Source: Eledone cirrhosa
Lineage: Eukaryota
DNA: 64,000 nucleotides
NCBI GenBank assembly: GCA_964016885.1
Contig: OZ024760.1
Location: forward strand, 7,440,001-7,504,000
Direction of reading: 5' to 3'
In this document: positions 13,268 through 26,239 of the stretch, piece after piece
How the letters are laid out: each line of letters begins with the position of its first letter
How positions within the stretch are numbered: the stretch's first letter is position 1
Notes under the pieces: generated by a model
Databases searched by the model: none
Told to the model about the DNA's origin: nothing
The model's input: the letters and a program-made list of their open reading frames with translations, nothing else
Program-made: the position numbers and the translations under genes

Positions 13268-13859
13268 CTGATAAGGTTAGAAATAATTTAATTAGGTGGA
13301 GTTTTTTTTTACCCTCATTAAAATTTCTTCTTTTTTTTTTATTCCACAATAGAGAGTGGATTAATGGCTTTTTGTTATAACACCAGTACAACATAAAGCA
13401 CTCAATCTCATATATATATATAAATATATATATATATACACACACATACATTAATATATATTGCCAAATACAAATTCACATCAAATTTTGATTTACAAAT
13501 ATTTCATCCTCTTAGGACTTATCAAAATCAGTCATTTTATGAACAATTACCTCAATACGTTCATTGAACGCATGGGTTTCATTTTAAAAAAATGGTCAGA
13601 AAAGATGCATTAAATCAAACCAAATGAGACCAAAATTTCTAATAAACTACCGTATTGTGAGCTAATATAACTTCACCTCCTACTCCATTCCTGATTTTAT
13701 ATTTGAAAACGAATTTCTTTATATATATATATATACACATATATATGTATGTACATATACAAATACACACACACATATATATGTATATATATATATATAC
13801 ATACAAGAGTCTGGCTATGAAATGTTTTATATATGTATGAGACTCACAACATTACTCAC

Positions 13860-13976
13860 CCGATCAGAAGAACTGTCTGGCACGGCAGCTTTCTTAGCTT
13901 CTTCCAACTGGTTGGTCAGTTTCATTACTTTCGCTTTAGCTTGTAATTTTGTCTTGGACAAAGTAGTTTTAGTATC
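13860..13976 (-). CDS. GOLGB1: Giantin/GOLGB1-like, coding exon 2 (DTKTTLSKTKLQAKAKVMKLTNQLEEAKKAAVPDSSSDR), absent from ORF track
   Basis: ttttag acceptor, CGG|gtgagt donor, 117 nt; resembles recalled human giantin N-terminal KLKLHAKAKLTSLNKYIEE. Confidence 0.85.
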
Positions 13977-15025
13977 CTAAAATAACAACAGGGTTCATTT
14001 TTTTTAAATGGTAAATAAAAATGCATAAAATCAAACCAAATTAGACCAAAATTTAGGAAGAAATATTTAGAAATGATTTAATCATATTGCAGTCATGGAT
14101 GTCATAAATGGTAGATTTAACCCATCACTGTGTTTAACATCACTACTTAGCCATTGTGAGGGATAGGGCATCTTTAGTGGAGTTTTCCAGTTGCAAGTAT
14201 TTATGTATGTCATGCAGACGAAAATATATAGTTTTACATATTTGTATGCAGCTATGTTCGAAGATAAATTCTTAATTCTATTTTAAGTTGAGCCAACTTA
14301 TACAGCTTCCATATGCAAATGAGATTAATCACCTCATTTATACAGACGAAAAAACTATATATTTTCGCCTGTTTCAAAGTCCAGCAGTAGTGAGAGCCAT
14401 TTAACTTCGAAATGCATCGACGGTTGTCCTCATTGCTTCTGCCGAACACCGCACAACAGTGCTATATTCATAGTTATGGTTTTCAGAATGTTTATTTATA
14501 AACATACCATATTCTTTAGAAATACGAAATTCAAATACATATTTGCATACAGCTATGTTCAAAGCTAAATTCTAATTCTATTTTCATTTTTCATTCATAT
14601 ATACTTTTTTATTTTTCATTCATATATATTTTTTTTATTTTTCATTCATATATTTTTCATTCATATATATTTTTATTTGTTTGACCCGAATTTTCTTGGT
14701 CGTATTTTTGGCTGTGCGAATGATTGTTTAAGCATCGTCTCAGTGTGTTGGTATTAAACGTTAGTTATAGCTCTGGTTTATCCGAACCATTGAGCACTTT
14801 GCCGCACATTTCGAAGATTGTTTTTTCGTTATTTCGTGGGCCGAAGTTCCGATTCTCGATAATTTATTTGTATGTATATATATATGTATATATGTATATA
14901 TATATATATATATATGTATATTCACATCTTATAATAGAGGTTGAAGGGGAGAGAACTTCCCTAGCATTTCAGACAAACTCACACATATACACACACAACA
15001 TATATACACACACAACACATTTTAC

Positions 15026-15148
15026 CTGTAATTCCGACTGTGTCCTCGCTATGATGTTGTCCTTCTCAACAATCATCACCTTAAGCTGTTCAACAAGTTT
15101 CTCTTTCTCTTCATACTGCATCTGAAGGTCATTACTGGAACCTGCCAT
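15026..15148 (-). CDS. GOLGB1: Giantin/GOLGB1-like, first coding exon (MAGSSNDLQMQYEEKEKLVEQLKVMIVEKDNIIARTQSELQ)
   Basis: ttttgttttcgtttgaag|ATG, CAG|gtaaaa donor; resembles recalled giantin EQLVVELKDIIRQKD. Confidence 0.8.
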
Positions 15149-16244
15149 CTTCAAACGAAAACAAAAAAAGTCAAGAGTTTGGAGCAAGTCATTGTATCAA
15201 ACCCATCAAACCCTCATATTATCATCATAATCATTGCTCCCATCACCATCAATATAAGCCTGTCGTAGTGTCCTCATACACCGAGCAGATAATTTTCATA
15301 CAGTATTTAAAGTTGCGTCATGTTGCTGTAGCATGTGGTTTATAAGCAGTATGATTATGTGATATATATTCAGATAGTCCCTTTGGGTAAGTATATATAT
15401 ATCATCATCATCATCATAGATTAATGTCTATCTTCCACGCTAGCATGGGTTAGACGGGTTTGTCCTATTTAGAGGCAAGTTGGGTCGGGTGACCATATCT
15501 AGCTCGTATAGGAGTGTTTCTGGCTGGTTTTCTACGGCTGGATGCCCTTAGTAACGCCAATCACATTGACAGTGTGTGCTGGGTGCTTTTTGCCGCCTCT
15601 TCTAAATGTCCACTTTACAGTAGCAATTCAATACAACACCTTGTTCACATATATGATCTTGCAGTGATTACGGTATGTATGATAAGTTTTCTACTTGTCC
15701 CATATCCTTATGAAGAATTTGTCTCTTGTTGATGAAACTTCAGTTCTTTCAGCATTGGTTATTCCAATGTCTTGAAATTCTAAATGCTATTTCTTTGAGT
15801 TTTTGAAACCATGGCTGGGGCATTATGTAAGTTAAAATTGGCTTCTTTTAGCCATTTTGGCTTATATCCCCAACAAAGTGTAATTTGGGCTTAAATTTAA
15901 TATTATATGGGTACATGCTGAAGCATATAAACAATATGCCCCCACTCCTCCCACCGCAAGGTGGTTGTGGAGGTGCCACGGCAAAAAAGCACCCAGCCCA
16001 CACTGTAAAGTGGACGTGTAGGCGCCACGAAAAAGCACCCAGCACTCACTGTAAATGAGGTTGGTGCTAGGAAGGGCATCCAGCTGTAGAAATCAAGCCA
16101 GATCAGTTCCTGTATGAGCAAGGCATGGTCAGCCGACCAGACACTGCCCACAACAGGACAACCCGTCTAACCCATGCTAGCGTGGAAGAACGGACGTAAA
16201 ACGGTGATGATGATGATGATGATATATATATATATACACACACA

Positions 16245-16944
16245 CGAGGGGACTTCAAAACATTTGTGGAAAAAGTACATAGCTAAAAATCATATGCAGG
16301 GATTTTGATCTCAATGCTCCTGTACGTTCTTGTACTAACGTGTCATAACATGCTGTAACACGAACCCTTAAATGCATGTTGCAACACAGTGCCGCCAGTT
16401 GGAAGTCAGCACACACTTAGGCAACATGGCCTCCATCAAGACGTCAAATTAATGGTGAAGCTAGGATGAAGGGCAGCCAAATCATTGGCGCTCTGGAGCA
16501 AGTTTATGGGGACAATGCCCCAAAGAAATCAACAACCTACAAATGGATAAGTTGTTTTAGAAGTGGAAGAGATGATGTTGAAGATGATCCCCAGTCAAAG
16601 ATGTAAAGAAAAGCTGCTTTGACATGGTTTAAATCACATGGCCCTCAGTTTTACACAGATAGACTTAAAGGCTGGTATCAATGCTAGTAGAAGTGTATTG
16701 ACCTAGATGTAGCATATGTCGAAAAATAGACATAACTTAAAGCGTTTTTTCCAATCGTCCTTTTTTCATGAACTTTTTGAAGCACTCTCATATGTATATG
16801 TGTGTGTGTTAGTGTTTATAGGCTTGTATCAACCCTTGCAGAAGTGTATTGACATAAAGGGAGCATATGTTGAAAAATAAACATCACAACTTAAACCGTT
16901 TTTTCCAACTGCCCCTTTTCCATGAACGTTTTGAAGCCCCCTCA
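16245..16944 (+). mobile_element. Internally deleted Hsmar2-like mariner transposon with duplicated 3' end
   Basis: TIR CGAGGGGACTTCAAAA...TTTTGAAGCCCCCTCA; peptides KGSQIIGALEQVYGDNAPKKSTTYKWI...DDVEDD and DVKKAALTWF...CIDLDVAYVEK*. Confidence 0.88.
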
Positions 16945-16980
16945 TATATATGTGTGTGTGAACTACATGTTAGTACTTAC

Positions 16981-17064
16981 CTTGGGTAAAGTTTATTTAT
17001 TATCACAGTCAAAGTATTTGGTAAAATCTACAGTACAGTCATAGCAGTTCCATTTTGCCTTCAC
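16981..17064 (-). other. Probable non-coding 5'UTR exon of the golgin gene
   Basis: tctttcag acceptor and CAAG|gtaagt donor; stop codons in all three frames. Confidence 0.65.
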
Positions 17065-17794
17065 CTGAAAGACATTTTAGAAATAAATTAAATTATTGAA
17101 ACTCGTTTTGGTAATTTTTTCTGAAGTACTTAGTTAGCTTATTAACTTAACGAAGAAAAGAAATATGAAAAGAAACCATGATGATGGTTGTAATTAAGAT
17201 CACCATCATCACCATAATTAAACATCTATTTTTCCCTGCTGGCATGGGTTGGACATGTTGTCACAGACCAAGTGAGTACTTAATTGGAGCTACTGACGCC
17301 TCACATACAGTCCAGTACTTTACAGAGTGTACTGGGTGTATTTTATTGCGGCACCAAGACTAGGAAGGTTGGCATGCCTTAGACACAACTGAAGAGCCCT
17401 CTCTACCCTTTGTATGGAAGGAAAAATGGCATGTATGAATATGTTTCAGTCTTATTAGAGCTCATCAGTACAACATGTCTTCTTTAGGTCGCTTTGACGA
17501 GTAGAAAAAGAGTCCCAAACTAATTCTTCTTTGTCCACTTATTCCTAAGAGGGCCGTGGGGACAGAGTCCTCAAACACTCCTTCCAACAGGTCCTGTCAG
17601 AAGCAACCATCTCCAACTGATCTGGCTGGGTCCCCAAGCGAGACCAGCCAAGCTCATGGATGTTATTCAACCATCTTGCTCAAGGTCTACCCCTGGGTCT
17701 CCTGCCGGTTGGTTTTACCCAGGTACTATTCCATTTATATAAATTATCTAGTAGCTGAAGTCAGTCAAGTAGAATATATTAAATTAAATATATT

Positions 17795-18110
17795 AAACAA
17801 CATTTCTACCAAGGAAATGGAGAATCTACCCAAGTACAAAGATGATGAGATAGAAATAACCCGAATGTGGATGTTGAAGACAGAAACAACACCTATATTT
17901 ATAAGAGCACTGGGAATGATTAAAAAGCATACAGACATATACATAACCAAAACTCCAGGACTTACAAATATATACAACATACAGATAATATCACTATTAG
18001 ACACTGCACCCATATTACGGAGAGTACTCTCAATACAATAGAACAAACACCACCAAAAACCAGACTGCACATGCCCAAGGTGCATAGAACTGTGCTCGGT
18101 AATGCAGTAA
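17795..18110 (+). mobile_element. R4/Dong-like non-LTR retrotransposon 3' end (restriction-like endonuclease region)
   Basis: KYKDDEIEITRMW...PIFIRALGMI...IQIISLLDTAPILRRVLSIQ* followed by a TAA-rich tail. Confidence 0.8.
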
Positions 18111-18229
18111 TAATGTGGAAAATAATAATAATAATGATAATAATAATGTGAAGATATATTAAACAGGTATTTCAAGTAGATGAAGTGAAATGTGGAAACA
18201 GCTGTAGTCATGGAGGAAGTGGTATGGTG

Positions 18230-18421
18230 TACAAATATGTATATGTGTGTGTGTGTGTGTATATATGTGTGTGTGTGTGTGTGTTTATGAACATGTATAT
18301 ACACACACACACACGTGTGTGTATGTATATGTGTGTGTATATATATATATATGAACATGTATATACACACACACGTGTGTGTATGTATATGTGTGTGTGT
18401 ATATATATATGAACATGTATG

Positions 18422-18453
<32 letters not shown>

Positions 18454-18796
18454 TACACTCACACGTATGTATGTAAACATGTATATGTATGTATGTGTGT
18501 ATATGTACACACAATATATATATATATATGTGTGTGTGTATGTGTGTGTTTATCTATGAACATGTATATACACACACACGTGTGTGTATGTATATGTGTG
18601 TGTGTATATATATGAACATGTATATACACACACACGTGTGTGTATGTATATGTGTGTGTATATATATATGAACATGTATATACACACACGTGTGTGTATG
18701 TATATATGTGTGTGTATATATATATGAACATGTATATACACACACACACGTGTGTGTATGTATATGTGTGTGCGTATATATATATGAACATGTATG

Positions 18797-18832
<36 letters not shown>

Positions 18833-18905
18833 TACACTCACACGTATGTATGTAAACATGTATATGTGTGTATATATATATGTGTGTATATGTACACACA
18901 CATAC
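18230..18905. repeat. Compound (TA/CA/TG)n minisatellite
   Basis: Repeated GAACATGTATATACACACACGTGTGTGTATG blocks. Confidence 0.9.
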
Positions 18906-19651
18906 AATACGATAATGATTTTTAACTAAAACACCACCATGAAGAAGGCAACTCCCTGCAGTTATATAAATATAAGAAATAGTTTCATCTATAATCGAAT
19001 GTTTCATCTATAATCGAATGTTTCATCTATAATCGAATGTTTTATTTAATGTGAAGAGTAGATTATATGCTATGGGTTTCTCTGACTTGTGTTCCCACCT
19101 TCTACTGACTGTTTTATCATGGCACCAGCACTAGGGAGGTTGTCTGAACTGCTTATAGTGTTTATATATACACTAAATATATACATTATATATGATGTTG
19201 TCCAAGGGGGAAAAGACAAAGGCTAATACAGCTTGGCACCAGTGACGTTAAGACTATACAGAGCATTTGATGTTATTCCAAATTGAAGGATAAGTGTTTC
19301 AAACTTTATTTTATCATGAGTTAAAGGTCTATAGATTTTCCCTGGATTTTACTAAATTCTGTGGATGAATTTATATCCTGATTCTCTTTTGAGATGAGTT
19401 TGAGTTATTTTTCCTAAATCTTTCGTTAACTACTTTTCCCATCTTGACGTTATAGTCGCATATATGTTATAGAATGCCGTTAGCTTCTTGCTAAAACAAT
19501 CTCTATACCTCTCATTTACACTATATATATATATATGATTCCAGTTCCTCAGTGAAATAACAACCCAACCAGGAACTGGGCATATCAGAGTATTGACAAG
19601 GTTATACACCTCAACAACATATGTACTTGTCTATACCACACTAATTCGGAC

Positions 19652-19702
19652 TGCCTGAAGAGGTCACAGCCAAAGATGGCTGTCACTGAAATATATACAG
19701 CA
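19652..19702 (+). ncRNA. Minimal hammerhead ribozyme-like motif
   Basis: CTGC-CTGAAGA-GGTCACAGCC aaagat GGCTGTCACT-GAAA-TATA-TA-(CA)-GCAG. Confidence 0.55.
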
Positions 19703-20727
19703 GTAATAAACGAAGCTAAATTTTTAAACATTTGTTTAAAATATATATATATATATATATATAAATTAATAAAAACAATGAATAAAAACAAAGAACAAGT
19801 TCCTCATATTAAAAAATTCATCGTTTTACGATCGTTTCTAGGATATATGTGTGTGTGTGGTATGTATATCATATAGATCTATGTAAAAATATTACAAACT
19901 ATCAGAGGAAATATACATACCTTCACATATATATGTCTTCAGAGAGATATTATATATACTATATACACACTATATATTATGTTGTACAAGAGAAAAGGTA
20001 AAAGCTGATACAGTTTGACATCAGTGACGTTATAATTCATATATACACCATATATACACCATACATACACTATATATGATGATATCAAAGTGAAAAGCAA
20101 AGGCCAATGTAGTTTGGCCCCAGGGTCATCACAACTGATATATATATACACCATATATACACTATGTACACACTATATACACACTATTTATGATATTGAC
20201 CAAGGGAAAGGCCGAGGTTGATACAGCATGGCACCAGTGACATTACAACTAATTTTTTCCCCCAGCAGAGTGGAGTGGAGCAATCTATAATACAATAAAG
20301 TGTCTTGCTCAAGGACACAATGCACCAACCTGTCTGGGAATTAAACTCATGACCTTATTATTGTGAGCAGGGCCAGATTTACCAATAGGCATAGTAAGCC
20401 ACTGGCCTAGGACACACAGGTATCTGGTAATAAGGGGGTTGGGGCTGAAACTAATTTGTGGTGTAGTATGCCATCATATAACCTTGCTTCAAGTGTACAC
20501 TGGGTATTATATATCTTTATTATTGCCATATGTAAGATGTATATGATATAAAACTAATTTGATTAAAAGAAATGTTGCGGTCTTGTGGTGGTCAGTTAAT
20601 TAGCCCTGGTCATTGGTGAGAGTTTAAACAGATAGCAACAGTCTTCTTTCAACCATTACATCTTACATAACCAGTTGTGGTCCTGTGGTGGTCAGTTGTT
20701 TAGTCCTGGTCATTGGTGAACATTTAA

Positions 20728-20927
20728 CCCTTTAGCATTTACATTACTTTATATATACTATTGTATTTTCACAGTAAAGGCTTTATCTCACATAATATCG
20801 AATGTATTAGATTTTGATATTTATTTTGAGAACAATACTTTAACATTAGTATGAGTAGCAAGTTACGGCTAGTTAGAACAGAAAGAGAGAATTCTGGCCG
20901 GATATGGCCAGTTTAAATGTTAAAGGA
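20728..20927. mobile_element. piggyBac-like MITE
   Basis: TTAA|CCCTTTAGCATT...AATGTTAAAGGA|TTAA. Confidence 0.75.
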
Positions 20928-21629
20928 TTAAGGCAGCAAAGTCGTTAGCACATCGGATAGAATTCTTTGCAGTATTCATTCCAGCTTTCTGCTCACTTAG
21001 TTCAAATCTTGCTGAGGTCAACTTTCCTTTTCATCCATTAAAGGTCAATAAAAAAGTACCAGCCTAATACTGGGGTTGATTCTTCCTCTATAACTCTTTC
21101 TCACTTCCTTTCTATCACTATAGTTTTCTGAGGTCAATGCTTACGCAGGTAGGTGGTACAATAAGCCATATACGTTTTAAGTATTTCTGTAACAGGTAAA
21201 GGAAGGAAGAGTGCTCTATGTATAGTAGAGCTATTTCATTACATAATAAACAACATAATATAATTATTCCATTACCAAAGGTTTCAGGAGACTAGACGAT
21301 CCTTACAGAAACGTCCAGCTCATTCATCAGACTTTGACCCCTCTAATATATATATATTAGAGAAAGTCAGAGCCAGACAGCTGAGCTCTTGCCATTTCGA
21401 CAGCTAATTCTTGACAGAGAGTCTGGGACTAGCTGTCGAAATGGCTAGAGTTCAGCCGTCAGGCCCTAACACCCTAATATAGTCACACTTAACTATCCCA
21501 ACTATCGAGAACTCTGCTGAACAATGGTCTTACTAGTTTAAAACTGGTTTAATCCTGATCTCTCTCTCTCTCTCTCTCTCTCTCTGTTGGATACTGAAAC
21601 ATGCCAACATTTCTATAAATTTGGGAATC

Positions 21630-21832
21630 CACTGAGGAGTTTAGTTAGGGTCTACTGACGATTTTGGTTGGGGTCCACTGACGATTTTGGTTGGGGTCAC
21701 TGACGATTTTGGTTGGGGTCCACTGACGATTTTGGTTGGGGGTCACTGACGAGTTTGGTTAGGGTCCATTGAGGAGTTTGGTTAGGGTCCATTGAGGAGT
21801 TTGGTTAGAGTCCACTGAAGAGGTTGCTTAGG
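21630..21832. repeat. ~23-bp minisatellite (CACTGACGATTTTGGTTGGGGTC)
   Basis: Direct inspection. Confidence 0.85.
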
Positions 21833-22410
21833 ATCTTCATGTAAATAAATCCCCTCCTTCCCTCCCGAATATGTTCGACACACCTAACCATCAGGACACA
21901 CGCCTTCACACACATATCTATAGAGACAGCTATATCTATTGACACATGCACATATTTTTTTTATTTTGTTTTTATTTTTATATTCACTTCTTTTTATATA
22001 ACTTGTATTATTATTGTTTTGCTTTTTTTGTTTCTTAACTGTAAGTTTCTTAACTGCCGTGGCTTAATAGCTCTATACGGATGTTTAAATTGATTAAATA
22101 AATAAATACACACAGATGCGATGAGGAGGGGGGGGGGGTCACAGATAGACAGACAGTAGGCAAAAATACTTAAAATAGTACCAGTGGAACTGAAAGCTCT
22201 GAGATGGGGGAGGGAGGGGCACACAAGGTGAGGTGAGGTGGGTGGGGAAACAAACACACACACATACACACACACAAAGTATGAATGAGAAAAGATAAAG
22301 GGGGCAGCAAGCACAAAGATATATATAGTCATGTGTGTGTGTGTAGATACATATATATGTATACATGTGTGTGTGAGAGATGTTTACCTTAATATCCTTG
22401 CATCTATGAG

Positions 22411-22452
<42 letters not shown>

Positions 22453-22609
22453 TATACTATATATATATATAGACACACGCATACATATAATCAGGGAGGT
22501 ATATTGATGGTGTACTACTAATACACATATTCTATCTTATATCTTCCATCCTGTTCCTTAACACTTCGTCTTGGTTCTATATATAGCATGTTTCTGGCTT
22601 AGTTGTCGT

Positions 22610-22658
<49 letters not shown>

Positions 22659-22733
22659 TGTCACAACATATGTCGAGTTTAACTCACCTCAACCGAAACA
22701 CAATCCTTTTCAATACCATACACACACACCCAC

Positions 22734-22763
<30 letters not shown>

Positions 22764-22773
<10 letters not shown>

Positions 22774-23070
22774 GGTTGGTTGGTTGGTTCCACAACCAGA
22801 TGGTTGTTTATATATTGTCAAAGTTCTTTCGTCACGCATTCTGTGACCTCTTCAGTGACTGGGGATTATTTTCTTTGTGCCTCTCCTTTGTTCTGTCCTA
22901 CGCCATCAGAAACAAGAAGGCGTAGGACAGAACAAAGGAGAGGCACAAAAACAAAGAAAAGAATCCCCAGTCACTGAAGAGGTCACAGAATGTGTGACGA
23001 AAGAACTTTGACAATATATAAACAACCATCTGGTTGTGGAACCAACCAACCAACCAACCGGAAATTTATA
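22764..23070. mobile_element. Near-perfect inverted repeat (~140-bp arms, 14-nt loop) of a Penelope-like terminal repeat, with a hammerhead motif in each arm
   Basis: Arms 22764-22904 and 22919-23070 are reverse complements; hammerhead motifs at 22970-23012 (+) and 22817-22859 (-). Confidence 0.8.
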
Positions 23071-23224
23071 AATTCCTAAATTTATAAATTTATTATAATA
23101 AATTGAAGTGAAAGCATCTGGTGCGTGTGTTTCTTATTAGCAACATGACCCTCCCAAAGTATAACAATATCGGTTTCAACACACGTTTTCATTTAAAGAA
23201 TCTTGCTAAACAAATTCAGAAACG

Positions 23225-23272
<48 letters not shown>

Positions 23273-24421
23273 AAAAGTTAGTGTCCGACGGCTGAGCTCA
23301 TACATTTTCAACAGCGTGTGGATAAATACACACATATTCGATTGTTGATGTCTATATACACACCAGGTTTTAAGAAAATGATATACTTTATATTACAGAG
23401 AAAACACTGAAATGCAATGTGAAACAAAGTGTCTTGCTCAAGAACACAACGTACAACCCAGTGCAGGATTCGAACTAACGATCTTATTATATCTTATGAT
23501 CGTGAGTCCAATCCGCTAACCACTTGGTAAACATGTGAACAGATGTTTTTTTTCTAGCTGTCGTCAAATCTATATTTACGAGCGAACGAAATACGAAGAC
23601 TGAGCTGTCCAGGTCAGCCCAAACAAACATACAAACCTAGTTTGTCTAATGTCTAAGATCTAAGACTTCTTCAATGAAAAAGAGAACTTAGAAAATGGCA
23701 ACTATTAGTAATTAGTGAAATAAAGCTTCCGATTCACAGAGAAGCTTCCAAATGGAAGAACAACGAAGTCAATTCGTTCACAAATAAAGTGTTGCTGTTA
23801 GTGATACAAACAACAACCGTACAGTCTTACTGATGTTCTCTTATAACACACACCTCACTAAATAATTACATTAATAATAAAACATGGTGATGGTGGTGGT
23901 GGTGATGACATACATACAAACATACAATCAATGTATGTATGTGCGTGTATGTATATATATATATATATATTCAGACATATGTGTGTGTGTGACCGTACAT
24001 AAGCGAGATACAGGCCCCTAGGCCTGCCTAGGAGATCAGTAACCCCGCTTCAGTACTAGCTTGCTCTATGTAGACCCGTCCATCCCTTGTTAGCAGAGAA
24101 AGCAGACGATAAATAATGACACACAGGAAATATCACTATTTATAACTATTTCTTTTTTTACCCTACAGACTAAATGAGTTTGTTGAAAGAATGAAAAGAT
24201 TGAACTGGTATTTCTCAATGGACGTGAAGGATGAATGGTCATATGGAAAGATAGCAGATGTTTGGGTGTTATTAGTGGATAGCACACGATAAAACATGAA
24301 AAAGAAAAAGATTTCCCACTGAAATTGAGAAGGGTGCTCTATAAATTTACTGATATTTTTAATGCACGTCTTCGCAGAAGGACACCGGACTTAAGGAACA
24401 GCTGTGTGTATATAGATAGAT

Positions 24422-24459
<38 letters not shown>

Positions 24460-24534
24460 GTGTATATAAATATATATATATCCCGTCCAACCAATGCACG
24501 CATGGAAAAACGGGCATAAAAACGATGATGATGA

Positions 24535-24584
<50 letters not shown>

Positions 24585-24769
24585 AAAGTACATATGTTAT
24601 CGATATCGAAATAAATAGCAGTGTCGAATTGGGCTGGATTTAACAAACAGACAACAAAACTAGAGACACCTTCACCCACCCCTGCCAACTAATAAGAACA
24701 ACAGTCACAATATTATGCGGGGCAACGAAACGACTTTCAAGGAATAGGTCCAGGGCCAAAGCCGCAGTC

Positions 24770-26035
24770 CCCTACGTCACTTGACTTGCTACAAATAGCA
24801 CCCAAATCTCCCTCAAAACAACACCATACTTACTGTCTCTTAAAAAAAAAAAAAGAAGAAAAATGAGCAAAGACGACATTGGTTTAACGTAGTATATACA
24901 AGAAAACAGATTACGTCGCACATTCTAACTAAAAAGACAGGATTGTCACGGCTGGAATTGATTGTGATCATAATGTTTGTTGGGTCAGGGTCGACCTAGG
25001 GTTATACAGCAGCACTAATGACGGTAACGTTTAAGTTTGAATCTACCTGAGCTTACCTGAGGTATTCACAAGTCAGTGAAATCCGGTGCATAACCAACAT
25101 ACAACACCGATATATAAATATCTCTTCAAATCGATACACCGTCTAAACATAAACATTATCACGCTTAAAGCATTATTATTATTATTATTATTTGGTAATA
25201 TTTGGTTAAATTTAGGTACAGGTAGAGATAGGAGGGGTGAAAATGGGTGCGGGTGAGTGGTAGGGATACCGGAGAAGCCAAGACGATCGCTCGACCTGCT
25301 AGAAATAGCAACGAAATCTCTCTCAAATCAAACACCAGTGTCCATAAAACACGTAGTCACATACACACGTTTTGAATATAAGTTCTAGATCACCCAAAAA
25401 GAGGCAGGATAGTCAAGGTTGTAATGCGAGGGGGGGGGGGGGGGGTATGGGAGGCACCTATGCGGTCACTCGATCTGCAAGAAATAGCAGCGAAATTTCC
25501 CTAAAATAAAACACACATACACACAGGGTCACACATTTTGAATAATATAAGTTCTAGTTCAGAGGTTCTCAAAGTGGAGCGGTGGGGGGTAGGGAGAAGG
25601 TGCTAGGGTATAAGGGGGCGGAGGGGGGTAGTGAGAAGGTACTAGGGTATAAGGGGGCGGGGGGGGGGGGTAGTGAGAAGGTGCTAGGGTATAAGGGGGC
25701 GGTGGGGGTAGAGATGATATAATAAATATCAATTGATACATATATATAAATATAGTAAAATAAAAATATATATATTTATTTATACATAGTATATTTAAAA
25801 TTATTTATATATAAATTAATCATTTTATTTATTATATATTGTTTACAATTTGCGTATAGGTAGGTCTCTGGAAATAGGGGTGGTGGTGCTGAGGGTATTA
25901 CGTGACCATGAGGTGGGCGGTGACCCAAAAAGTTCTAGATCATCCAAAATGAGACAGGATAGTCACGGTTGGAATGCCAGCTATCACAGGTCTGTTCGAC
26001 GACCAGGGTTGACCGGGGGCTAAACAATAACACTC
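24770..26035 (+). repeat. Cluster of an unclassified interspersed repeat (CTGCTAGAAATAGCA...AAATCT...GACAGGAT-GTCACGGCTGGAAT); another copy at 28110-28295
   Basis: Four or more diverged copies visible. Confidence 0.65.
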
Positions 26036-26239
26036 ACTGTAATTTAACACAGCCATTGCAGTACTTACGTGTTTGAGATGAGAATAAAAGGACTAGAATT
26101 TGTGGAGAGTAACCCTCACACACACCCCATCCCACTCAGAAATCGTAGACCCCCCACACACACACACAAAACTGTTCCCGTCCACCTCTCTCCTCTGGAC
26201 TGGTCACGGATGGAACGTCTTTTATTATAGGTCTGCTCA

